Shown here: positions 42,601-54,600 of the stretch, one piece after another
How positions within the stretch are numbered: the stretch's first letter is position 1
Layout: the number at the start of each line of letters is the position of its first letter
Assembly: GCF_037042905.1 (NCBI RefSeq)
Contig: NC_087247.1
Span: 75,454,001 to 75,518,000 of the forward strand
From: Lytechinus pictus
Lineage: Eukaryota
Reading direction: 5' to 3'
DNA length: 64,000 bases
Notes under the pieces: model-generated
Seen by the model: the letters and a program-made list of their open reading frames with translations, nothing else
Databases searched by the model: none
Told to the model about the DNA's origin: nothing
Program-made: the position numbers and the translations under genes

Positions 42601-45600
42601 GAAAACAAAAGTGTGGCCTCTTTTGAAAGTGAAGACATTTATTTTATTTTCTAAAAATTTATTTCTGTTTGTCAACAACTTTCTTAGACGAAATGTCATA
42701 ATTTTGGGTTGAAAAACTTTTTTTTTTTGCTCATGGACGAAATGTCTTTATTTAAGTTGAAACTTTTTTTTTTCCTGTCATTTTTTTCCTCGGGGGAAAT
42801 GTGCCCCCCCCCCCCTGAAAAATCCTGGATCCTACCTCAAATGATGTTCATGCAGGCTCCACTTCACTACCGCTACACTACGCTCCACCTACCCGACTAC
42901 TATAGATGGAACGTCGTGTAGCGGTAGTGAAGTGGAGTGGAGCCTGCACGAACATCACTTGAGGTAGGATCCGCCCCTGCTTGTATCCGTGGGTGGGGGG
43001 TTGGTCTCGCTTGCACAAACTACACGCATTTAAAGAGAGTGAAACAAGATAAGAAAATTGAGAATTCTTAAAAAGTGACACTAGTTAAAACGAGTATATT
43101 AATGAATCATGGGGAAAACAACTGAACTCCAAATCAGAACGGATCGAGCTTCATGATGGCACGAGACGAGTGTTCTGGCATCTCCGAGGTCTGGCCAAAC
43201 CAAGTCACCTCCTCCGAGACGGCTTGAGTTTGTTGACTTGTCAACTAGCGCACCGTTAATCAACCCAAATCGACACCCTTGGATTTCCTGGATTTCGATC
43301 TCCGTGAGGGTAGTAAATTTCAAGATATTTACACGAGGTTTTAGTAAAACATCGGCGCGCCGATTCATCTTATTATGACAATCTTCCTGTTTATTGCGCT
43401 ATTATCGCGTTCATTATCGCAATAATAATGCAACGTACGTCTACGAGGTACTTTTTTTTTTGTTTTTGTTTGATATCCTTCCGCGCTGGCAATAACGCGC
43501 GTGAACGTTAATGAAAAAATAAACGCAGTACGGGCCGGTGCGGCGTTACGTCCGTTAATGGTGTCAACTTTATTTTGAGCGATACTGTATATGTTGCTAC
43601 AAAACCATAGTGATTATGGGCCAGTCATTGAAAGCATGATGTCATGTATCCACCATTGACACAAAAACAAGTTGCAAAACAGATTTTCACTTGGATACTA
43701 TAAAGATTAGTTGAAATATCCACACAATACCATGAAACATTAAATAATCTGTTTATCATATCTTATTCAATTCAAATTAACAAGATGACAAATGGTGGAT
43801 TATATGGACAGACAAGGAATATTATTCAAATTTCATACTTACCCATAGAAAGTCTACCATCAAAGATAGACCATCTGCCAGGTCTATTGATGGCTTTAGG
43901 AGTTTGTGGACCTTGATTCTTCTGGTCAGTGTGATGGTCACTTTTGATCATCTGATCAGATTCATCTAATTCATCTGGTGAGATTTCATGTTTGTGAGCT
44001 ACAGCTATCCATTCAATTATCTAGTTTAATAAAAGGCACACAATAAAAGAGAAAGGAGACAACTTGAAACCTCATTGAGTTACTAATGATGATACATATA
44101 AGTGCATTTGTGATAATCAGTAGAAGAATTGGTAAGATATTAATACTTAATCTTTCATATAAAAGGAAACTTTTATACCAAATTTCAAATGAAAGTGATT
44201 GAGGATGGAATCTTTCTTTCTTACAATTTTATTTAATTTTTTTCAAGGGATTCCTCATCCAGAAGGAAATGATAGGATTTCAAATATGGATGTCCCTAAA
44301 CCCATCATTATGATTCAAAACATTCTAAAGTTGTCGATTTCATTTGATAAGTTTCTGCAATTATTTGAACTAGTGGAAATTACAAATAGGTGGAAAAAAC
44401 ATGTATTTGAACTAGTGGAAATTACAAATAGGTGGAAAAAACATGTATTTGATCGAGTTACAATTATCAATCACATTGCAATTTTGCAATAGTGAACACC
44501 CGGTAAAATGAAGAGACAAATTTTGGAAATAATAGTGGATGAATGTCTTCAGTAATAGCTTACCTTCAGGAATGCATGTATACGTTTAACTGAGTGATAG
44601 TAAGAAACAAGCCATCGTGTATAGATCTGCATATCTTCCAAAGTAACAAGGCTCTCAGTAACTAGTGGTTTCCCCATTACCAGCGCTTCATTGGAGACAG
44701 ATAATCTCTTGGCTCGTGCAATGGCATCACTGTACTCAGACATAATCATTCTACCATGGATAAAAAACAAGATCAAAATTGTATCTCTGTCAGGGTATGT
44801 AAGAGATTCTTAGGTGAACATGTCAATATGCTTTGTCAATGATAGGAGCAAATTATGAAGAGCAATCCTTCCTTTGACAACTCCATTTTCTTAAGAACTA
44901 TACAAATATATTTTGTTATATTTTCTTGTTTTTAATCTAGTCAATAGTAAGACAAAATCACAACTATGATGATACAAATAATGTTTCCCCATTGAGTGAA
45001 GAGAAGAGAAATAGTGCCTCTAATGCTAATCATTGCCTTATAACTTTAATCCTTGTTGTAAATGAGACTTCAGTTGAGGGATGTTGGGGAAAGCCAAGAT
45101 CGAACGTTTTTCATAAAATCTGTCAGGCGAAAAGATCACACTGCAACGTTTCATGACTGTTTTCCTTCAGTCTCAATAACTTTTAAGACCAACTTCCTGA
45201 CACAGGGGTACGTGATTCCAAACTTATGTAACATGACGTAAGTGCGTGTCAGACCAAAATTGCTCAAAAGCATGATTTCATGCACATATCCAATGAAAAC
45301 AGTAGCAAAAATTAATAAATGCATCATAATTTTTTCTTTTACTGACTAAAACAATTGATTTGATATAATTTATGACTAAAATAATGTGGCCAATAATTTC
45401 CATTTAAAAAATCAAATTAGAAAAACAAAGAAATATATAAAAAATACAAAAATAAAATACATTAGAAAAAAATGTATTATTTATTTTATTTCTTTTTAAC
45501 ATACATTTTATGGAAACCTAAAACAAGTGTCCAGACAAAAATTTAGTAGTTATGAGCTATATTTACAACCAAATTATTATTTCATGAATTAATTAGCATA

Positions 45601-48600
45601 ATTAATTAATTAAAAAAATGTGCATAACTTTGGAGCAATTAACTATCAAATTTGGGTTATGTCATGGGTGATGCACATGCCAATTTTCATCACAATCGTG
45701 CAATCAACAATCAAGATCTGTGGTGGCTATGCAATTTCAAAATAGCCTGGGATATATAGGGGTTCCTTAACTTCCTTCCAGCATCAGGCTGTCAACAAGG
45801 ACAGTATAAAGAAAACCAATCAATCATGTAAAGTGAATGAGGAAGGCAAAAACAAGAGAGAGAGAGAGAGAGAGAAACTTAAAAAGACAGTCACAAAAAG
45901 ATATATATATATATACACCGGTACCAAAAAATTACAACTAAAAAATAACCAAGTTCATGAAAACAAAACCTGTCCAGAACACAAATATTACATACATCCT
46001 GAAAGAGCATCTTATCCAGAATAACTTTATACCATATATGGTACATGTTTACATTTGGAGGATGAATTCTTTGTTGTGTTGTAAAATTTGATTTGTGCCA
46101 AAGTAAGGGATGAATGTAATAAATAAATCCAAATGTCTATGATGGAAAAAATCATACATGAGTTGCAGTAAAGCTTCATTGGAAAATAACTTTTCAATTA
46201 AAATAACATGAGAATAGGTACTCAAAAGTGTTTGATAAACAATTATCATGTTAAGTTTTGAAGAAAAAACTTGCAATGAACTTTACCTTGTTTATGGCAA
46301 TTCTTTGACAATGGTGGTTTCATTAGCATCTGGATGCCTTCATATCTTATCTTGACACCAATCAAATTTACAGAGCAAAGATTACCTTCTCACTATCCCG
46401 GTGTAAACATTCACCACATTGAAAATGGCATTAAATCATTGGAAAGAAGATACTTTTTAAAAATATACACTAAAAAAAACACACACATAACACTGATGTG
46501 TTCATGACAAGGACTTTCATTAAATTGGTGATTTTTTAGGTGTAAAGATTTATGACCCACTCAGTTTACATATTAAATCTAAATGAATAAAAAAAGGTGC
46601 ACCATTGAGTACAAGATGAAAGTAAATTTTAATCTTAAAGGGAGAAAAAGACTGTATCTTACCCAAGTTGATTTTGATAGTGTGGATAGAGTGCTTCAAG
46701 AGTGCTGGTGTGCTCACAGAACCGCTTCCATCTTAGCATATGCATGTGTTTACATTGGACTAGTAGCTGAATCTTATCACAAAAGAACTGAAAAGTAAGA
46801 TAATAGATAGTACAGTCTTTCATTTGTTCTGATCCACTAAACTTCATAATGATCTTAGAAACCATGATTGCCCCTTCCTACAAGCTGTTAACTTACTTAC
46901 TTTTACTTTTATCCAACGATGCTTGTAGGACTATATGCCTGTTCATCGGTCCAAGGGAATAAACTGTATGTTCCACAGTATCACTTTCAAATAGTTGCAT
47001 GAGGCAAGACACAAAATCCATTACTCAAAGTCATACACAAAATTCTTCCAGTGATTATCAAGCCAATTCTTAAAAGAATTTACAGAAAATGCTAAAACCA
47101 CATTTTCTGGTAGACTTTTCCGAGAACTTATTACTTGATTGGAAAGGAAGAACTTCCTAGAATCATTCACCCAAAAATACAATCTACTGTTAATAATGAG
47201 TATAAAAAGACCGTGTCTGTGCTACACACAATACAAACCCCTGTCACATCATTCAAATATAACTTTACAAACATTATTCTTATGTGATTATTTTCCCCCA
47301 ATTTTTTTAAATTGTCCCAAAGACCTTTCTTAATCAAGAAAATTATTTCACTTCAATACAATTAAATTTCTTTTTATACAATTATGCTCTACTAATACTA
47401 AAAACTGTATGTATAAATTCCATTTATTTCCCCTAGAGAAAAGATGGTTATTGTTGCAATTTTTTTATTGGGGGGGGGGGGGTTTGCGCCATTGGTGGTC
47501 TACCCACACTGCACTGCTCTCTTATTTCGCTTGTATATTGTATTTTTGGCTAGATTTGCCTCTCTATTTATTGACATATGTTTTGTATAAGTTTTCTGAA
47601 AGCTACGTGATGAATTTGGAATTGTATTGGTTTGTTATTTAGTTTGTGAAATTTTCTTTACTTTGCTTGTGCACTGTTGGACACTATGTTACATATGTTA
47701 TATAACTTACACTGTACAGTTGGTGTGTTCACTCATGCTTGATCTTGATCTATTGTTCTATTGTCAAACCAACTTGGCATTCACATTCACAATGAAGCTG
47801 TCTACAGTTCTAGCACTTATGCTACCTTTTTGTATACTGCACTGCAGATGTGTTATTCAATGCAGCATCATTGCAGTGTAACCATAGGCATACTTGATAT
47901 TAGTGTAAAACCTACACCTAAGGTGTACAGGTTGATAGGAAAACATATTGGTTCTTCTGTTCAATATTATTCAAATACTGACTCTACTTTATGGATTTTG
48001 ATATTACTATCCGGTGATGTCAATCCCATTCCTGGGTCAATCACTCAAGGGCAAGGTCCTATTAACAGCATAAGACATCCCTTTGACCATAGCATAAGAT
48101 ACTCATATGATACCCAAACGCTTTATTCCTTCAATAAGGGATATTCACCCCAATTCGTGTTGAAAATGAGCATTTGTATAACAGGTTATAGAAGGTGGAC
48201 GACACATCGAGGTAAGAGGGGAGGTCGTGACATGTCCACAGATAAATTCAAATTTCGCTAAATTGCCGTTCTGTTCGTAATAAATCTTTATCGTTACAAG
48301 AATTCATTATTGATCATTGATCATATTGATCATTCAACTTTGCTTGCCTTTGCGAAACCTGGTTGACTTTGTCGGATGATTGACTTCTTCCACTGTAAAG
48401 TTCACTTTATTTGCGAATCTTTAACGCCTAATGAGTCAGTGATTGATCCAATCACAGCTTCATCGATGGAGTCTATTTCGGCCTACCACGCCTGACGAAG
48501 TTTACACACTTCTTCATAAGCTGCCTGCAAAGTTTTATTGTCTTGATCCGATACATACTTCAATTATCAAGGATTGCTCTTCATCATTTCCCAAATTATT

Positions 48601-51600
48601 AATCCAAGTATAAGTCATGCCCATATTCCTTCTGATCTCAAAACTGCACATATCACTCCCATTTTGAAGAAGCCTAATCTCGATTCTGAATTGTTATCCA
48701 ATCTCCCATTTTTTTTCAAAATACTAAATAATTGTATTCTCTAGGTTGTTGGATTATTGCACCAATTGATAACGACTTGCTTGACCCACATCATTCGACA
48801 TATCGCTCTCAGCACAGTGTAGAGCCCCTTCTTCTTAATGTATCTAGTTCCATTCTCCATGAAATGGATGCGGGAAAGGTAACTGCCATGATACTCCTCG
48901 ATCTGTCTTCCGCCTTCGATATGGTGACACATTCTGCTAAACACTGTTAAATGTCTCTTGGCATCAATGGTAAAGCCCTTGATTGGTTCACATCATACCT
49001 GTCACAACACTCACAAGCTGTTTGATAAGTGGCTGTTCTTCTGATTTAATATTGCTTACCTGCGGGGTTCCGCAAGGCTCTGTGGGTGGGCCTATCCTTT
49101 TCTCCTTGTATCTCATCGGACTGAAAAACACTTTCCAGCACCACTCTATTAATTATCATATCTACGCCGATGTCATTCAGATCTTTACATCCTCCAAACC
49201 CGATTCAGATACAGCTGCTGCTGCTATCTTGAGGATTGCATACAGGATGTTCACCATTGGTTGTGCTCACACTCTACAATGTATATAACTAAATTTTCTA
49301 AATGTGAATTTGTGCTGTACAGCTCTAAAACCCATCTGTCTAAAGTACAAATTGCATCTATTTCTATTGCCAACCACATTATTGAAGTTTCTGACACATG
49401 CCATAATCTGTGTGTGTTTCTCGACTTGAACATGACGATGGGTACTCAATACATTTGTAAATCTGTACGGTATCAGTTATGCAATCTAGAGTTTATACAC
49501 AAATATTTGACTCTTGATGCAACAGATAGAAAGTTTGTCGAAACATTTAAGATTAAGCTAAAAACTTACCTCTATAACTCATTTATCAATGAAGAATCTG
49601 TGATATTTGTTAATTTGTTTTGCTCCCCCCTTCACTTGTGCACCTTGAGCATCTCTTACGAGATGGATATGGCGCCTAATAAATTGCATTTTTATCATTA
49701 TTGCTATTTTTTTTTATTTAAAAAATCTTTTTTTTTTAATCTTTAAAATGAGAGACTTAATTGTTGTTTTAAACTTTCAAATCTTCCTACCTGATGCAAT
49801 ATAAGGGAAAGGTTCTCCTTTGAAAACTCTCTCTTCTGACAGTTTTCCATTTCTTCTTTCATGACATCTGCTTGAATAACAAGTGGCTGGGCTTCACTGA
49901 CCTGAAATTAATACAAAAAATATTAGAAACATGCATTGCTGCAAAATTCCCTGTACTAAGTCAGAACAGTTTTCTTCCTGAAATATGAACCAGTGTAATT
50001 ATCAAATATGATGACCACATTGTTCACAATATAATTTGAGAAAATCATTCAATAAAGCACAGTTGATGATTTATTATTTGTCACTAAGTCACCTTCAGAC
50101 ACTATTGGGGGTGATGCAAGAAGCTTGCAATTGATTGCATGAGAATGTCAGGTCCTAAAATAATAATAGTAATATTCCACATTTATATAGCGCTTAATAC
50201 ATTGGACGTCTCTAAGTGCTTTACAGATATAAGTTTACAAGTCTTTTAATTAATTGCAAAATTGCAATTGATTGTTGATCAACTTCTTACATCAGCAAAT
50301 TTAAGTTGATAGGCTTTAGTTCAAATTGATCCATCACTTCTGAACTTGAAGCTGAATTTTGCAATTGATTGCAAATATTTTCTTGTACCACCCCCTAAAA
50401 GAGTTTTGTTGCTAATCTGGATTTTTATTTAATGTGTAAGATCAATTTATTACAAGGTTATTTGACCTATGAATCAAATGATCTCAAACCACTGGTCTCA
50501 ATAATTAATCTTTAATTTCCCATCCCCTGTAACCTGCGTAAATTTCATATTGTTATTAACAGGTTGGAAATCAAAAGGAAATTACAACCCACCTCCATAG
50601 CTCTCTTGATGACTTGCTCTCTCTGCTTTCTAAAATGATCCACACTTTTAGGAAGGGACACAGAGCTTAACAAACAGAATGAATAACATAGGAAATACAT
50701 AACCATAGATGAAAATGGATTACATCTTTTCATAATCATAATCTACATTCATTTAAGGACGTTCCACAGTTATGTTTGTGCGCATCATGATCTGTGCATA
50801 TTTTACACTCCGCACACTGACGTCACAATGGATGAACTGGTGATTAATCAGTTGTAGGTATTTGAGCTGATTTTTCTCCTTATCTGCACTAACTGCAGAT
50901 CCGATGTACGTGTAATTTTATGAAGCTAAGAAACTGGAATTATTCCATGGACCATTCTTTTTATTCCTCTTAAATTTCAAAATTTTCTGCAGTGCTGCAA
51001 TAATTATGATGAATATGACCCAGAGTTTGAATGAAATAAATGGTAGAGTGGTTCGGAATTTTTCCTCACAGAAGCTTTTGGCGTGTTTTGGGGGTGTTTT
51101 AAGAAGCACATTTGCTCTAATAAGAGTGCTGATAGTTTGAAAACAAGCACATGAACCCATATTTTTAATGTTTACACCTCTTATGTATACCTTCCTCTAC
51201 AACTTTGCAAAGTTTGGTGAAAATGACATGGGTTTTGAATAAAGTGCATCATTTCTTTTACTTCTCAAGTTTGTTATTGAAATTTGAAATTTTTGAGGTT
51301 GAGTATTTGTTATCTTTCCCGCAATTTCTATATAAGAACTGAGAGTGCTGTTAGACTTAAATGAGCAAACAATTGAAAGCAATATAAATAGATTATCCAT
51401 TTTAAGGATCCAATTATTAATCATATTGCAAAATTTGAAGAAGTTTTCATGGATTTTGACTGAGTAATAGATCTTTAAACTCATTGTTGTGATCCCGTGA
51501 GGTCTACAAATGCCAAATTATTTTGAATGCGCAATTCTTAACATCTATTTGGGTTAAATTTGAAGCTCTATAGCAAAAAATCAAGCACATGGACCTATGT

Positions 51601-54600
51601 TAATTTGTGCATATTTGGAATATTCTGGTGCTAAAGTGTCTATGTGCAAAGTATGATGAAAATGACATGGATTTTCAATGTTTGGGAACAAGACTACGGA
51701 ACCATTCGCATTTTACACTTTATTAACAGACTTTTGCTTGTTTTTGGCGCACTTTAGGAAGATTTCAGTATTTTCAAGCTATCTTGCAACACTTTGGACC
51801 CTGATAGTTTAAAAACGAGCACATGGACCCCATATTTTTAATAGTTTAACGGCTTTAGAATATATTCCTCTACAAATCTAGAGAGTATGATGAAAATGAC
51901 ATGGATTTTGAATGTTTGGGAGCAAAACTATGGAACCATTCCAATTTTAGACGGTGTTATTAGACATTTGCACGTTTTGGCGCATTTTAGGCGATTTTCA
52001 AGCCAACTCGCAACAATTTTGACACTTATAGTTAAAAAACGAGCACATGGACCATATATTTTTAACTTCCCTACATCTTCCATATACATTTCTCTACAGT
52101 TTAGCCGAATTTGATGAAAATGACATGGATTTTGAATAAAGTGCAACTTAAAGTATACTTTTTAAATTTTTTAGTAGATTCACGTCTTTGAAGATTTGTT
52201 TTTCCGAGTTTTTGCACCATTCTTGCCAAATGAGGGCGCTGCTGACTCCAAATAGATATAGTTTTGCCAATTAAAAGACTTTCTACTACTTTGGTATCTA
52301 CTAAGTTACACATTCTGAAAGTTTGATAAAGTTTGATAAAGTTTGATGCAATATCGAGAGAGTAAAGATGATTTAAACTCATTTGGTGAATTTGTGAGGT
52401 CTAAGAGAGGCGTAATTCTCATGATTGCGCAACATTTCACATCATTCAAATACGGCGACTTTGAAGTCCCGTAGAAAAAAAAATAAGCACATGAACCTAT
52501 TTTATTTTTTGCATTTTCATAATGCATAGATACCAAAGTAACTCTCTGCAAAATTTGGTGAAAATGACATGGACTTCATTTTAACTGTGGAACATCCTTA
52601 AATGCATGAAGATGTTTGTTTAATAGTAAATACCTTAATTCCTAAGGTCAGGATCATTGAGAAACACTATATAATATTTACGAATAGACAGGGTCAGAAC
52701 CAAATTTTTGCACTGCCTTCTTTTTCGTCACATCTCAACAGAGAACCGATGTCAATTAGGTACTTGGTCTAATGTTGTAACCCGCAAGTGAAAACCCGAA
52801 CCGTACCGTCCCGTATAATCCAATAATTTGCAAGCGGGACCCGCTGACCCGTCGGGTTTTAACCCGCAAGTAAATTTATCTTTGAAAAATGAAAATTATT
52901 TCTGCAATCCCCACACTATACAGGCTCAAATCACGAAAATATATGCCAACTACTAACCTAGCCTAGAGTGAATTTACTTACAATTTGCAAATTCGCCTTT
53001 TATTCCGGAGAGAAAATGTTTTTGGGGTTACTTTGTACCCGAAATGGGTCGGCTCTGATCTCGTAATCGAAAGCATTGCGCAATTAACTCCTCGGATCGG
53101 AGCCGCAGCTCAGCGCGCGCTAGCTACATGTAGCCCAGGCTGCCCAGCAAATTCGATGTTCGGTTTCCCGTCGCCCGCCCGCGTTATGAAATTTGGACCG
53201 CGTTTAAAAATCAAATTCTGAAAATAATTCATTATTTTACTATTTTGACATAGATCTAGATTCAGAACTGATATAAAACATTAATATAAGCTTTTCAGTC
53301 ACAATTACTTGTATATCAAGTAAATACCTGTAATTCTTTTCTTGTTTTTTTCTTGTGAATGGAATGACACTGCATGCTCAACCACACCTCGAGCGATGTT
53401 CGTGCAGGCTCCACTCAACTTCACTTCTGCTACACTACGCTCTACCTACCCGATGTAGCGGTAGTGAAGTGGAGTGGAGCCTGCACGAACATCGCTCGAG
53501 GTTTGGTCGAGCTACCTCAATAAATCCCATAGTCTAGTAACCTCGCATTGGTGAGTTGTCATACGGCATATCAGACAAAAAAATCATCAAACAAAACTCA
53601 ATCTGTTTTACAAGGCCGACGGGAGGCTCACGCACGTACGCATTGGCGCTTGTACTAGCTAGCCAGTCTGAGCTCTGTCTCTCTGCCAGAGCTCTGGGGG
53701 ACAATTTGCTCTGTAAAGGCCTCAATGATGGTGATTTTATGTTTCAGACAGAGTTTATATTTCGGGAATATTATTCAAAACTGCCAATAAAGTTAGATGA
53801 TTTCTTCATTGTCATGTATATTTAAGTTATTAATGAGTTCATTCTCACCAAATTTAGACTCCCCCATAGAGAAATGCAATTTTCGTGGAGATCTGCGTTT
53901 TCAAAGAACATCAGGAAAAGTTAGGGTATGTGGGCCTTTATTACATGGCCAAGTACTGGAATTAGATGGAGTAGAAATTAGATATTGAATTCATTTATAT
54001 CCAAGTTCAACTCATAGTCACACCCACACAAACACACCCACATCCAAGATTCTAAGCATGAAAAAAATAACTTTAAAATCATGCAATATTAAACAATAAG
54101 TAATAATTAATTTAATAAGTGAACAGGGATTCCTCAAAATACAAAAACGTAGCATTTGAAAAGAGCCCCCGAAATGAAAAAAGTAGCCTCCAAAACGGTA
54201 GAAATGGAGACCCTGAAATATTATAAAAAATGAAAATGGAACCCCCGAAAAAAAATGATTGATTTGCTCCCTGGCTTCAAGACAGTTCCACAGAATAAAC
54301 GTGCGTTCAAAGGTTACAAAAGGTCAAACTGTCATCTTCTGGAAAATAATGAATAATGAAATCCTCATTATGAGCTGGAAAAAATGGGACGGGAAACTCG
54401 ACATCGAGTTTCATTGGCCTATGCGATTGCTTTTGACTAGATCGACTACTATACTGTGCATGTGCTGCGCTGCACTGGCGCGCGCTCCTTCTTCGAAAGA
54501 GCAACTGATGTATTTATGTCGAACTGTCTCAGTCCTGTTCACTGTTCACAAGACAAAAATACGCCAGCATTTTTTTAAAAGGAAATATCTACGTCTCTAA

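Larger units (their letters stand above)
35360..43587. mobile_element. 8.2-kb Tc1/mariner-like non-autonomous element containing nested repeats
   Basis: TA|CAGTATCGCTCGAAATAAAGTTGACA ... TGTCAACTTTATTTTGAGCGATACTG|TA (25/26 match); no transposase ORF seen. Confidence 0.85.
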
